Notes: generated by a model not told the origin, from the sequence alone. Shown: positions 43,647 through 55,105, counted from the stretch's first letter. The stretch: DNA of 64,000 nucleotides from a virus (IMGVR_UViG_3300028591_000168:1-64000); one strand, 5' to 3'. Program-made: numbers and translations.

Positions 43647-46334
43647 ATGGCAATAGACAAGAACCGATATAATCTTTTATACAAGCCTGACCTTAGTCCT
43701 ATTCGTGACTGGAGATCTGAGGCTGTTTTTGAACACCCTGATATCCCAATAGCTGAAACACCACCTGAAACCGTTGATGACGTATTGCAAGATCTTAAGG
43801 ATTTAGAAGAAGTAGCGGCAGGGTTGCCTGAAGGACTTGATCCGATATTAGAGATAACCCGAAAGCTTAGACAAAGAGCAGAGATCTTAAAAATAGAAGA
43901 AGAATTAGAGAAGCTTGTGGGTATTCCGGGTACGTTACCAAGCACCGGTTCTACCTTGTCTTCTCCTGGCACTTTACCGCCCTACTCAGGATCAGGAACT
44001 TCTGTTCCGGGCGGCGGTTTTATTCCTACAGGAGTAACTATTGTACCTGCAACACTACCCGGTATTGATACTCTCCCCGGTACTACCAGTACTCTTCCAG
44101 GTAGTACGGCCACTGTCCCCGGAATACCGGGCAGTCTGCCGGGAGGAAGTACAATTCCGGGATATCCCGGTACACTTCCTGGCTCTGAGACTATCCCTGG
44201 TTATCCAGGCACTATACCCGGAAGTCCGGGTACGATACCGGGCTCACCAGGATCGTTACCCGGATCAAGTACAATTCCTGGATATCCAGGATCAGTTACA
44301 GGGGGCGGTACTTTACCCGGTGGTACAACAGATACTCTAACAGGAGTATCAACTACAGGAGGTTCTATTCCCGGTTTTACACCTGGATCTGATATCGGAA
44401 TAAGTGTGATATCAGGCAGTGTTACAGGAGGCGGTACAGGTATACCGGGTGGCGGTAATCCTACTATTATTCCTGTGCTGACTGATACTATACCGGATAT
44501 TCCAGGAACAACAGGTTCAATACCGGGAGGCATTCCCGGAATATCGGGTGGTCTTGACTCCGTTAGCGTTATTATTCCTTCTGTTACGATAAGACCTGGT
44601 ACTGTTGACGAAGAAGGATACGGTACAACACCTTACGTTACTATTAGAAGTGGTGATATCAACAATTTTGACAAGGACACAATTCCGGCACCGGGTACCA
44701 TTATTATTCCTGACGTTGAACAACAAGTGTTGTTAGATAACAGCAGTGAACCTGATACGTCGTGGATAAAAGATATGTCTTCAGTCTTTGTGCCAAAAAC
44801 TGATATCACTATATCAGTACAAACACCAAAGAGTCTTGTTCAGGTAGCACACGAGTCATACAAGAGTGACCAACTTGATCTTCAAAAATTTTATCTTCAA
44901 AAAATGAGAATGGCATTGCAGAGATATTTTCACCATATTTTAGGATTAACTGTTGAACTTGGACTTTCAGATCCTGATATGTTAACAAAAAAATATGACG
45001 GTAATAACGTAGTAGGAATCGGCATTAACAGTAATCACCTTCACGATACCATTATCAGGTCACAGATTCAACGCTTACAAAAAGCAAGACTCTTCAAAAA
45101 GGTCGCTAACGCCGATCTAACGGTAACTCATATGCGTGCCTGGAATGTCGCTGCTAAGGCAAGAGAAAGATACTACACCGAAGCTTACGGTGACTCTGCT
45201 GAGTTTGTTGACTCTGAAGCCAATATGTTGTTACGACAAGCACGTGCTGACTATGACGCTGCCTACAAGTTATCACTGTACAATATGTACAAATACCTTG
45301 ACGCGTCGGTTAAGCTGACAGAAGATATCTTGGATCATACTCTTGTTGAGGCTAAAGCTAAAGCTAAGCTTGTTAAAGAAGGCGTTGATATCTTCAAGAC
45401 TGAAGAAGTAGAAACAAGCAGCAGCACTAACGCTGTTACCCGTATGCAACCCAAAACCAAGGAACAACAAGAAGCAGAAAATCAAGTTAGTAAGCAAGGT
45501 GACAGTAAGACTAACGTTAATCTCACACCTGACGAGATTGATAAAGCAAGAGGTATTGAAGATCCTGACGAAGACTTCGATCTTGCACCAAGTGGCGGTC
45601 ATTACTCTAAGAACGATATCCTTTACTTGTGTAATCTCGACGCCGGTATTTATAACAAAGAGACACCTGTCGGCAGACAAGCTATCAAGAATGTTCTTAA
45701 CCAGAGTGATAAGTATATGAAGGGTACTGACACGGCAACTAATAATGCTGCAACAACCGGTAATACCACAGCAACCGGTAGTAGTATTACACCGTCACCC
45801 GTAACAGCGTCAACAGGAGCTATGCCTAACAGTGACATAGGTCTTAGTACTTCGCCCGTATCAACAACTGCTGCTGACACTATACCGTCGTCTACTGTAG
45901 GGCCAGAGTCACAAAAGAAAGTTGAGCAAGCTACTGGTACAGGTAACGGTGCTACAAGTGAAACACCGCCAACAACCACTAGTAAAACTTCGCCTTATAA
46001 AAAGTTTCCCGCTAACTTTACACCTGATCTTTACGTCTTAAATACTGATTATGAAGACAAGAGTGCTCCTAAGAGTAATCTTTTAGCTAATACCGGTGGC
46101 TATTACGCATCAATTACTGCAACAGGTAATACTGTGAGTGCAAGAATTATTTCACCTTATGGCTTTGCAATATTATGGGCAAACCGTAAGGATATTAATA
46201 AAAAGAAACCTGAAATGTCTTTCGAAGATGGATGGAATTTAATTGAACGTAGTGAACATAAAGGTCACATTACTAAGGATATGTATAAAAAGGTGTATGA
46301 TTACTTCGTAAGTTATAAACCTGATATCAAGTAG
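43647..46334 (+). CDS. 895-aa protein with Gly-Pro-Thr-rich (T/S-I/L-P-G) repeat region, probably structural
   Basis: AAGGAGG RBS; more than 20 xPG motifs at ~43920-44700; lies between terL and portal. Confidence 0.75.
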   Translation: MAIDKNRYNLLYKPDLSPIRDWRSEAVFEHPDIPIAETPPETVDDVLQDLKDLEEVAAGLPEGLDPILEITRKLRQRAEILKIEEELEKLVGIPGTLPSTGSTLSSPGTLPPYSGSGTSVPGGGFIPTGVTIVPATLPGIDTLPGTTSTLPGSTATVPGIPGSLPGGSTIPGYPGTLPGSETIPGYPGTIPGSPGTIPGSPGSLPGSSTIPGYPGSVTGGGTLPGGTTDTLTGVSTTGGSIPGFTPGSDIGISVISGSVTGGGTGIPGGGNPTIIPVLTDTIPDIPGTTGSIPGGIPGISGGLDSVSVIIPSVTIRPGTVDEEGYGTTPYVTIRSGDINNFDKDTIPAPGTIIIPDVEQQVLLDNSSEPDTSWIKDMSSVFVPKTDITISVQTPKSLVQVAHESYKSDQLDLQKFYLQKMRMALQRYFHHILGLTVELGLSDPDMLTKKYDGNNVVGIGINSNHLHDTIIRSQIQRLQKARLFKKVANADLTVTHMRAWNVAAKARERYYTEAYGDSAEFVDSEANMLLRQARADYDAAYKLSLYNMYKYLDASVKLTEDILDHTLVEAKAKAKLVKEGVDIFKTEEVETSSSTNAVTRMQPKTKEQQEAENQVSKQGDSKTNVNLTPDEIDKARGIEDPDEDFDLAPSGGHYSKNDILYLCNLDAGIYNKETPVGRQAIKNVLNQSDKYMKGTDTATNNAATTGNTTATGSSITPSPVTASTGAMPNSDIGLSTSPVSTTAADTIPSSTVGPESQKKVEQATGTGNGATSETPPTTTSKTSPYKKFPANFTPDLYVLNTDYEDKSAPKSNLLANTGGYYASITATGNTVSARIISPYGFAILWANRKDINKKKPEMSFEDGWNLIERSEHKGHITKDMYKKVYDYFVSYKPDIK

Positions 46335-46347
46335 GGAGGAATTCCTT

Positions 46348-48447
46348 GTGGGTTTGTTAAGTTTCCTGTTAGGAAGAAAGACAGAGGAATCCTTGCAAAT
46401 TCGCGAGGTTCCCGGCGGTAGCGGAAGCAGTGGCGGCAGCTCTAAGAGTGCCAGTATCCAGGTTAATCCCGGTAACCTTAAGCAGTTTTGGATAAAACCG
46501 GTAGGATTTTCAGGCGAAAATGACTCTAACGATTTTCAAGAACCTGAGTATGATCTTGCTGAGATCAAGGAAGCGTGCACTGCCGACTCTTACATAGCCA
46601 TTATGATACAAAAGTACTCACAACTTATCTTTAAAGCGGGCTACTCTATAGTGTCAAACAATCAAAATGCTGCAGAGTATGTCAGACAACGCTTACGCTT
46701 TATGTCTTTTGCAACCAAGGTACCCTTTGATATTTTAGTACAAGGGATAGCAGAAGATCTTGTTCGTTACTCTAACGCTTTCTTGGTTAAAAGTAGAGTT
46801 GAACAGTCACAACTTGGAGGTATCCAAGCTGTAGGTGTTTGGGATACTAAACCTGTAGGGGGTTACTTTAGAATCGATCCTACTACTATAAAGATCAAGA
46901 GAGATAAAAACGGTACCGTTAAGAACTATCAACAAGAAGTAGGCAGTAATACCAAGAATTTTAAGGATCTTGACGTTATCCACTTTTATATAGATAAGGA
47001 TGGTAACGCAGCTTTTGGTTTACCAAGACTGGTACCCGTTTTAGAAGACGTTAAAATGCTTCGTAAGATAGAAGGCAGTTCTTTGTCACAGATCTACCGT
47101 TACGCCAATCCCATAACCCAAGTTAAGATAGGCCTTGAGCAGCCTGAAGGATGGGCTACCGAACAAGAGATAAAAGATGCACAAAAAGAGATAGAGAAAT
47201 ACAACAATGACGGCGTCTTGATAACTAACGAACGTACTCAAATTATTTCTGTAGGCGCTGATGGTGAAGCCCTTGATATTACGAAGTATATGGAATACTT
47301 CGAGAAAAGAGTATTCTCTGTCCTTAACGTTAGTGCAAGTATGATGGGGCGTGGCGGTGCCAAGCAAGACGCTGACTCGATGGAAGAACAAGAACACGAC
47401 ACTGTTAAGTTCTTTCAAAGACAAATTGCTACCTTTATTGAACAACAAATGTTCGTTGAAATGTTACAAGAAGGCGGCTTTGATCCGATAGGCAACGCTG
47501 ACGACATTGTACGCTTTAAGTTTGAAGAAGTTAACCTTGAAACAAGGATTAAGAAAGAAACTCACGCCCTTAATCTCTTCCAAGGTAACCTTATACCGTT
47601 TGACGAGGCACGCTTCAGAATAGGTAAGGACGCAGAAATAGATACAAATATGTTGCACATGAGTATGATAGTGACGCCGCATGATCTTGCTGTAGCACAA
47701 GCTAAAGGAGCTGCTACAGGTAGCAGCAGTTCAGGTACTACAAGCCAAAGAACTACAGCTGCTAAGGTACAACCTTCTAATCAACACGGTACTACGAGTA
47801 TGAAGGTCAAAGAATCTCTTGATATCACAGAAAATATGTCAGATAAAACCAAGAAAAATCGTGCTGACTTTAGACAATCTTTTGAAAAGGTTTATAAAAC
47901 TTGGCAAGCAGCGCGTAATGATATAGTCGAGAACAATGAAAGACCAAGTATTATCTTACCTATAGCAAGAGATTCTATCATAAAAGAGTTTAAAAACAAA
48001 GCTGCTGTAGAAATGTCTTTAGGTATACAGCGTGCACTTCGTGATATCAAACAACCTGTAGACAGTTTGAGACAAATACCTTCTACTCTTATCGATGACA
48101 AAATTACAAGGGTAGTAACAGGCGTCTTTAAGGATATCAGCAAAAGGTTAAAACGTCTTGGTAACGATGCTACCATGGCAGATAAACGTGCAATTTTTGA
48201 CGTTTGTGATTACCGTGTAAGGTTCTTGTCTGTTCACGTTATACCCAAGGCTTACTGGTATGGTTACGTTAAGACTTGTCAACAGTTAAAGATACCTGAA
48301 GTATTTGTGCACTTTAACGGATCCAAGGATCAAGAAGAGTACAAAGATATCATAAAGACTAACAAGTTTAGCCTTGACGATATTCCTGCTTTTCACGCTT
48401 ACTGTTCATGCAAGATAGGATTAGAACAAGAAAAGGGGGTGACATAG
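46348..48447 (+). CDS. portal protein with C-terminal MuF-like motif (699 aa)
   Basis: Synteny (after TerL, before protease); LVRYSNAF, HFYIDK, AFGLPRL, KIGLE motifs; C-terminal PAFHAYCSC. Confidence 0.7.
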   Translation: MGLLSFLLGRKTEESLQIREVPGGSGSSGGSSKSASIQVNPGNLKQFWIKPVGFSGENDSNDFQEPEYDLAEIKEACTADSYIAIMIQKYSQLIFKAGYSIVSNNQNAAEYVRQRLRFMSFATKVPFDILVQGIAEDLVRYSNAFLVKSRVEQSQLGGIQAVGVWDTKPVGGYFRIDPTTIKIKRDKNGTVKNYQQEVGSNTKNFKDLDVIHFYIDKDGNAAFGLPRLVPVLEDVKMLRKIEGSSLSQIYRYANPITQVKIGLEQPEGWATEQEIKDAQKEIEKYNNDGVLITNERTQIISVGADGEALDITKYMEYFEKRVFSVLNVSASMMGRGGAKQDADSMEEQEHDTVKFFQRQIATFIEQQMFVEMLQEGGFDPIGNADDIVRFKFEEVNLETRIKKETHALNLFQGNLIPFDEARFRIGKDAEIDTNMLHMSMIVTPHDLAVAQAKGAATGSSSSGTTSQRTTAAKVQPSNQHGTTSMKVKESLDITENMSDKTKKNRADFRQSFEKVYKTWQAARNDIVENNERPSIILPIARDSIIKEFKNKAAVEMSLGIQRALRDIKQPVDSLRQIPSTLIDDKITRVVTGVFKDISKRLKRLGNDATMADKRAIFDVCDYRVRFLSVHVIPKAYWYGYVKTCQQLKIPEVFVHFNGSKDQEEYKDIIKTNKFSLDDIPAFHAYCSCKIGLEQEKGVT

Positions 48448-48448
48448 C

Positions 48449-49789
48449 TTGGCTATAATCTTGTACGAGACTTTAGATGGTAACTTTCAGTTTTCCAACA
48501 CAGATGACTCTGTTTCTGATATCAACATTTCTGAAGCTGCAGTAGAACAAAACATAGATCCTAACTCTCTTATGGTTGACGTTGAAGCCATTCACGCAAT
48601 GCCACATTATACTCGTAACTATACCCGTTACACAGAAAAATGTCTCAAGAACAGTATTCCGGGATGGACAAAGCCTTACAATAAACCGCTTATAACGCAC
48701 CATAACGAGAAAAACGGTGATATCATAGGAAGAGTTATAGGCGCAAGTTATAAAACTAACGATACTTTTTCCAAAACACCTGCTCTTGTTCTGACAGTTA
48801 ATATACCCGGTGAAAAGGATAAGGCTGATATCAAAAACGGTATTAACCAAACTGTGTCAATAGGTGTTATCGCTGACGACGTTCGTTGTTCTATCTGCGG
48901 TAAACCTGTTGAACTCGACAGTGATGGTTCTGTAATATCTTGTGAGCACCAAAAAGGACATATTTACGGTAAAGAAACTGCTTTTTGGGATATCCACTCA
49001 ATGCAGCCCAAAGAAGTTTCTTACGTTATAGTACCAAGTGATATCTTTGCAGGTAATGTCAGAAGCTATCCTGCTACAAAGAGTAAGCCTTCTGTTAGTG
49101 AAAGTTACGAAAAAGAAGGGATGATAGAAAGTATGGATATCAAAGAAATGGAAGAAAAGCTTAAGACTGCGGAAGAAAAAGCCGTTAACTTTGAAACAAG
49201 CTTTAAAGCTGTTTCTGCTACCAAAGATAACCTTGAACAACAGGTTAAAGAAGCTGCAGATAAAAACAACAGCTTACAAGAACAGGTTAACAAGTTGATA
49301 TCAGAAAAAGACGATCTTAAAAAGAAGGTAGAACTTCTTGAGGCAGACAAAATCTCGTTACAAACGAAGGTATCAGATTTTGATATCAGCAAGAAAGACC
49401 TTGAAGAAAAATTGTCTGAAGAACAGAAAATGAGAGAAGAACTTGAAACAGAACTTGCCAGCGTAAAGATATCTCTTAAGGAAAGCTTGATCGATAACCT
49501 TCAAGTATTAAGAAGTGTAGGCGGCAAGGTTGCTCTTGACGAGTCATTGCTTCGTAACAGAGAAGAGTCGTCTATCCGTGACTCTATAGCTGATCTTAAG
49601 CTTGAACTTAAGGAAAAAACTAACGAAGCTCCTAAGACTCCAGGTACCGTTGAAAATCCCGGTCTTGTAGAAGAAGCAAAGGATTCTACAAGCATTTCTC
49701 TTAAGGAACAAAAAGGAGACGGCGGTATATCTGATCTTAGGGCAGGCCTTGAAACTATCTTCATGGCAGTGGCCGGTTCTCGTAAGTAA
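48449..49789 (+). CDS. prohead protease with C-terminal coiled-coil scaffold (446 aa)
   Basis: PLITHHN, GRV, TVSIG, CSICG..CEH, EVSYVIVPSD; heptad-rich C-terminal half. Confidence 0.8.
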   Translation: MAIILYETLDGNFQFSNTDDSVSDINISEAAVEQNIDPNSLMVDVEAIHAMPHYTRNYTRYTEKCLKNSIPGWTKPYNKPLITHHNEKNGDIIGRVIGASYKTNDTFSKTPALVLTVNIPGEKDKADIKNGINQTVSIGVIADDVRCSICGKPVELDSDGSVISCEHQKGHIYGKETAFWDIHSMQPKEVSYVIVPSDIFAGNVRSYPATKSKPSVSESYEKEGMIESMDIKEMEEKLKTAEEKAVNFETSFKAVSATKDNLEQQVKEAADKNNSLQEQVNKLISEKDDLKKKVELLEADKISLQTKVSDFDISKKDLEEKLSEEQKMREELETELASVKISLKESLIDNLQVLRSVGGKVALDESLLRNREESSIRDSIADLKLELKEKTNEAPKTPGTVENPGLVEEAKDSTSISLKEQKGDGGISDLRAGLETIFMAVAGSRK

Positions 49790-49806
49790 AAGGAGTTGAA
49801 ACTAGA

Positions 49807-52800
49807 ATGGCTTTATATCCTAACGAGTTTAACACTCAGGAGACGTTACAACCCGGTGCACGAGGTGAGGTATTTCGCAATACCGGCATTCCGGGGCACC
49901 GCAGAGACGAAGATAGAGTTAACCGTACTCAAATTCGTTTAAACATATCAGCTCATGACGTTCCTAACGTTAAGTATGAATTTGATTACAGACTGCCTGT
50001 ACTCTTCAGATACGGTTGGGCCGTAGGTTTTAACCGTGCGGCGTGAAAATTGTAATGTCAAGTAAGGACTGTGAACCCCTAATAATCACAGAATTTCCTG
50101 CTAATGAGACTGCGGCAGGCTAAGGAAGTAATTCCATAGTCTGAAGCCCGCTAAAGTCGTGCAAAAACTTCTTCCCGATTACAGAAGTGAGTTAGTGCGG
50201 TTAGGGAACGTTATATGGCTACGATAAGAAATGTATGGTCTTAAGCGTCGAAGCCTGAGTCAAGGAAATCGGATTCTAAAATGCCTTGATATCGCAAATG
50301 TTTTGCACAGAAGGTTCCAAATGATATGGTTGAGTCAAATGGAATAGCAACAGTGAGAAATCACGGGGTTGTTGCTTACGAAAGTTCTTCTACGGCGCAT
50401 AGTACAAGCCTAAGTAACGTTATATACCTAGACATTATAAAACACGCGAGGCCCAAGCACTCTTAATGAGTGACTGAACTGGTAAAGTTCTTAAGTACCA
50501 AGAACCTAAGGGGAAGTTGAAATTCTTGGGCGTCAGAGCTGCCATAGTAGCTGTGATACTGTAGAAATACAGTGGAGCCAAGGGCAGCAGTCGACTAGAA
50601 AATTTATGCCAGATAAGTTCCTGAAATGGGGGCAGTAAGTATGGCAAGTTTATATAGTAAGTGCTTAGCTGAAGATAATATACGGCAAGCTATTAAGACG
50701 GTGTTAAGTCACGAAGGCAGCAAAACACCTGGACCAGACGGTATCAATAAGGATAACATTGGGAACAATGTTATTAAAGAAATTAAGTTAAGGCTTCGGA
50801 GATATAAAAAGGTCAGCAGCAAACAAGTGCAAATTCCTAAAAAGAGTGGAAAAACAAGAACACTTACAGTCTGCAATCTGTATGATAGGATAGCACAGCA
50901 AGCTGTATACCAGATTATTGAACCGATAGTTGATACCAAAATGTCTAAGAACAGCTATGGATTTCGCAAAGGTTTACAAGCAAAAATGGCTGTTGCAAAG
51001 GTAGCTAACGTATTTCATGCAAGTAAGCATAATTATACTATAGAACTTGATTTCAAAAGTTGTTTTGACAATATTCCACTTGAAAAAGCAATAGGAGAAC
51101 TTGCTAAACTTGGAGTTAAAGATCCTAAGTTGTTAGCAACGATAAAACACTTAATGTATATTTCAAGGGAATATAAAGGGATAGGACTTGGACAGGGAAC
51201 TATCCTTGGCCCAATACTTGCGAATTGTTTCTTAAACAAGTTAGATCTTTGGATAGAAGAAAATATGGACTTAGGGGTAATAACCCACAGAAAAAGAGAT
51301 TTTGAGCTTCATAAAGAAAATTACACTGAATGGCTAAAATCACGCGGTAGAAAACCCCAAGGTAAATATTTAAGGTATGCAGACGATACGTTAATTATTG
51401 TTCACAGTAGAAATGAACAATTAGCCGTATCAGAGGCAGTAAGCCGTTTCATTGAAAAAGAACTAAAAATCGGCATTAATCAAGAAAAGAGCAAGCTTGG
51501 GTACAACACGGTAAACTTCTTAGGGTTCACCATTAAAAAGAATATAAGAGAAAAAGAGTATATAGGGTTATACATAGACGAAGCCAATGAAAAAGAAATA
51601 AAAGAAGTAGTTAAGAGTCACAACTTTGTAAGCTTTGAAGAAGTTTGGAGATTCAAGAAATGGCTTGTAGGTATCCTTAACTATTACGATATTGCAAACA
51701 ATATCGGAAGTATTTTGCGATATATAACAAAAAGGTTACTTAACCGAGCTAGGAAGATAGGAAACCTTCAAAGAGAAGAAGGTACGACAAAGTATACCTG
51801 GACTCATAAAGAACGTAGCATAGTGTTGGACATCTATGAAATCAGAAAAAACACTAAGCTTTCCTATAAGGAATATATCTATGAATCAAAATGGTTAAAT
51901 ACCAGGGAACTACTTCAAGTTTGGGAGTATAGTGACTCAAAGCTTTGGCACATATATGCTTATCCGTTGTTTACTAAACAACGAGGCAAGGATCCTATAA
52001 CAGGCAAAGACCTTAAGCTGGGCGACATTGATATCCATCATATAAAACCTAGAAGACAACAAGGTCAGAATGCATTAGACAATCTTATAATGGTGAGTAC
52101 AGCAACACACAAGTTAATTCACAACAGTGAAGAAACGCAATCTAAGAAGTTACAATGGTACAGAAAACAACTTGATAGAAAGTACTAGTCGATAGAGAGC
52201 CGGGTGCGGTGAAAGCTGCACGCCCGGTTCGGAGGAGGGGAAAAGGTAGAGATTGTATCAAAACCTTACCTATTCCTATAAATTGTTATCCCTAAAGGCC
52301 GCATTGTTGCTTGTGATCCTTATATGGATATCGTTAACTTTGAAAGCAAAAAGTTGTTCAATACAATGACTCTCGCCAACGGTGGTGTGCCTGTACGTCT
52401 TCGTGAGGTATCTGACGTTTATCCTACTTGGGGCAAAGAAGCTACTGATATCGTTAAGCCTACGTCACAAGGTAACGCAGTGCAAAATGCACAAAAAGAA
52501 TGGACGCCGCTTGCGGGAATGGCTGCTGCTTACGAAAAAGATGTTTACCGTCCTTTTAAGAGTAAAACCAGTGCAGAAGAACAACTTGACGCAGCAGGTT
52601 ATGAAGTTAACAAAGAAAATGGTCGTATTCAAGACAAGACTACGAAGACTGAAGTAGTTAATGTGCGTCCCGGTAATATCCCACTCGGTATGCTTGAACG
52701 TAATGAATATACCCGTGACGAAGATGCTTTTAACGGTATTATGCCCGGACCTATCCTTACTGATCCTATAGTTGAGCTTCCTTGGTTCGCGTATAAGGAT

Positions 52801-53730
52801 AAAGCTGAAGAAAACTTCTGGGGTTCTGCTTACGGTAATCTCTTTATTGGTGCACAAGTTAAGAGTGACGAAAACGGTCGCGTAACTGTGTCGCCGTTAT
52901 CTTTCCCTGACAAAGTTAAGGAAATGGAAGTTTTTGAATACGAAATGGAACGCCAGCAAGTTATCGGACAGGTTTACGGTGTTAATCACGAAATCGTTCC
53001 TGAAGGCGCTGCACGTTGGGCAATGTGGGCACTCGAAGATCGTCTTAACTATGAAGGCTTTAATCCTGCTCTTTACTCTAAGAATAATCGCCGTGGTGAA
53101 GACAGTGTTAACAGTACTGCTTACTTCTCAACAGGGCGTTATCCCGGATATCCTTACGACAAGAATTACCTTAATCACGATCTTCATATGTTGGCTTCTA
53201 CAGGGCGTGGTGACGTCTTTGATCCGCGTATGAACTTTGAGTATCGTTATTCTGATATGGGTATCCCCGGCTTAACTGACGGCTTTAACGCTGTAGAACG
53301 TGACGTTACGGATCAACTTGCCGGCCGTATTCATTGGGCAGGAGAAGGCAAAGAATATGTACCCATGTACTTCCGTACTATCGATATGGGACAGTTTATC
53401 ACGCCCGGAAGCCTTGAAATTTCTATTGACGGCGCAGCATGGGCACCCCTTAAACCCGGTGCCAAGATCGCTGTTAATAACACTAATGACATTCTTGAAG
53501 CTAAATATGTTTCTGAACTTCAAGGTATTTTTGTTCTTGAAGTTATTGCTGATCTTGACACCGCAAAGAGTGTCTTTACAACGAAAAAAACTATAGACGG
53601 CAAAGAAGTTGACGTTGATAAAGCTGTTGAAGTTAAGGTTCAGTATAAACGTCGTGGTGAAGCCGGCGTTCCTACCTTTATGGATTGGGACGGAATTTGC
53701 GGCTCAGTCTTTATTCTGTTCCAGAAATAA
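49807..53730 (+). CDS. head structural (decoration-like) protein, join(49807..50035,52280..53730), 559 aa
   Basis: Removing the group II intron gives ...GWAVGFN-Q-IVIPKGRIVA...; lies between protease and MCP. Confidence 0.7.
50036..52279 (+). mobile_element. group II intron (2244 nt) with intron-encoded protein
   Basis: 5' GUGCG; domain V GAGAGCCGGGUGCGGUGAAAGCUGCACGCCCGGUUCGGAGGAG at ~52194-52238; 3' end AU; phase-1 frame restored. Confidence 0.92.
50641..52188 (+). CDS. group II intron reverse transcriptase/maturase with HNH endonuclease
   Basis: KTPGPDG, YGFRKG, LDFKSCFDNI, GLGQGTILGPILAN, RYADD, FLGF; C-terminal IHHIKP...DNLIMVSTATHKLIH. Confidence 0.92.
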   Translation: MASLYSKCLAEDNIRQAIKTVLSHEGSKTPGPDGINKDNIGNNVIKEIKLRLRRYKKVSSKQVQIPKKSGKTRTLTVCNLYDRIAQQAVYQIIEPIVDTKMSKNSYGFRKGLQAKMAVAKVANVFHASKHNYTIELDFKSCFDNIPLEKAIGELAKLGVKDPKLLATIKHLMYISREYKGIGLGQGTILGPILANCFLNKLDLWIEENMDLGVITHRKRDFELHKENYTEWLKSRGRKPQGKYLRYADDTLIIVHSRNEQLAVSEAVSRFIEKELKIGINQEKSKLGYNTVNFLGFTIKKNIREKEYIGLYIDEANEKEIKEVVKSHNFVSFEEVWRFKKWLVGILNYYDIANNIGSILRYITKRLLNRARKIGNLQREEGTTKYTWTHKERSIVLDIYEIRKNTKLSYKEYIYESKWLNTRELLQVWEYSDSKLWHIYAYPLFTKQRGKDPITGKDLKLGDIDIHHIKPRRQQGQNALDNLIMVSTATHKLIHNSEETQSKKLQWYRKQLDRKY

Positions 53731-53750
53731 GGTAAAGGAGGACTTTGATA

Positions 53751-55028
53751 ATGGGAATCTATACAGCAGAAGCTTTAAAGCAAGTCATAAGTTTACGAGA
53801 ACAAGCTGAAGAACAGCAAAGAGCTTATGACAAAGGTGAAAGTAAAACAAAGCCGTCCGTACAGCCTAAAACTTTTGATATGATGGAAAAGATGGTTCGT
53901 AACGTTAACGGCGACTTTTCTAAAGGACGTGTCAGTGTTAAAGAAACTATTATGTCTACAGACACCGTCACTCTTATTCCGCGTGTTATCGAAGGACAAC
54001 TTCGTGAGGCTGCAGAACCCGAGTATCTTGCTACTCGTTTTATGAACGTTATTAACGTTGAGGGCGGTAACGGATCAACAGTTTACGTTGTTCCTATTGT
54101 TGGTGAAGTCACAGCACACGAAGTTGCTGAAGATGGACGTTATCAAGAGGACAGCGTTGAGTTCTCGACTCTTGAAAACGCACAACTCGAAGTGCGAGTT
54201 AAAAAGATTGGTCTTAAGATCCGCATTACGGAAGAAGCGATATCGGACAGCTCTTGGGATGTTCTCGGTATTAATATCCGCAAAATGGGGACAGCAATGG
54301 CTCGCTATAAGGAAGAGTGGTGTTTTAACAGCTTTTCCGATCATGGTACCGTTATCTTTGATAACGATCTTCGTGCACAAATGCCTGAAGTAGGTACTAC
54401 AGGTCGTGCACAAGACGGTTCTTATAATGATACAATGACCATTGAAGACTTTTTGGATCTTGTTCTTGCTATGATGGCCAATGATATGAATCCTACTGAT
54501 ATCATAATGCATCCGCTTGCATGGGTTATTTTTGCACGCAACAGTATGATCGGTAATGGTCTTACCTACGGTGCTTTTGGTGCACAGCAAGTTCACCCTT
54601 GGGGTGCAACACAAGGTACACCAGGATTTGCGGGATTGCAAGCTGACATGGGCCCACAGAAACTTATTATGAGTCCCGATCAAGTACAAGGGCGTCTTCC
54701 TGTTCCTATCAGTGTCAGCTTTAGTCCTTTTGTTCGTTTTGATAAAGTTGCCAAGAAGTTTGATATGTACTGCCTTGATCGTTCTTCTGTCGGTGTTATT
54801 ATCCAGAAAGAAGCGTTAACTACAGATAACTGGTCCGATCCTGAACGTGATATCAGAATGTTAAAAGTTAAAGAACGCTATGGTGTAGGTATCTTAAATA
54901 ACGGACGCGGTATTACCGTTGCTCGCAATATCGCTGTTGCACCTACTTATCCTGTACCTCCTACGGTTAAGATTGATACCGGTTTGGTAGTTCAAGATGT
55001 AGGACAAGGTAACGTTGCTACACCCTGA
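53751..55028 (+). CDS. major capsid protein (HK97-fold, 425 aa)
   Basis: AAAGGAGG RBS; KIGLKIRITEEAISDS, AMARYKE, ERYGVGIL; synteny. Confidence 0.85.
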   Translation: MGIYTAEALKQVISLREQAEEQQRAYDKGESKTKPSVQPKTFDMMEKMVRNVNGDFSKGRVSVKETIMSTDTVTLIPRVIEGQLREAAEPEYLATRFMNVINVEGGNGSTVYVVPIVGEVTAHEVAEDGRYQEDSVEFSTLENAQLEVRVKKIGLKIRITEEAISDSSWDVLGINIRKMGTAMARYKEEWCFNSFSDHGTVIFDNDLRAQMPEVGTTGRAQDGSYNDTMTIEDFLDLVLAMMANDMNPTDIIMHPLAWVIFARNSMIGNGLTYGAFGAQQVHPWGATQGTPGFAGLQADMGPQKLIMSPDQVQGRLPVPISVSFSPFVRFDKVAKKFDMYCLDRSSVGVIIQKEALTTDNWSDPERDIRMLKVKERYGVGILNNGRGITVARNIAVAPTYPVPPTVKIDTGLVVQDVGQGNVATP

Positions 55029-55043
55029 TTGTGATACTTAGCT

Positions 55044-55084
55044 GATAAGCGTAAATATGATATCAACAATATTTACGCTTATCG
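55044..55084. terminator. 15-bp stem hairpin after MCP
   Basis: GATAAGCGTAAATAT GATATCAACA ATATTTACGCTTATC. Confidence 0.55.
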
Positions 55085-55105
55085 TTAAAAGGAGGATTAA
55101 CTTTT

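Noticed and set aside
50626-52188. Retron, DGR or defence-associated RT
   Set aside because: The RT sits inside a group II intron with GUGCG start, domain V and AY end, and has an HNH domain; no TR/VR pair or msr-msd was seen
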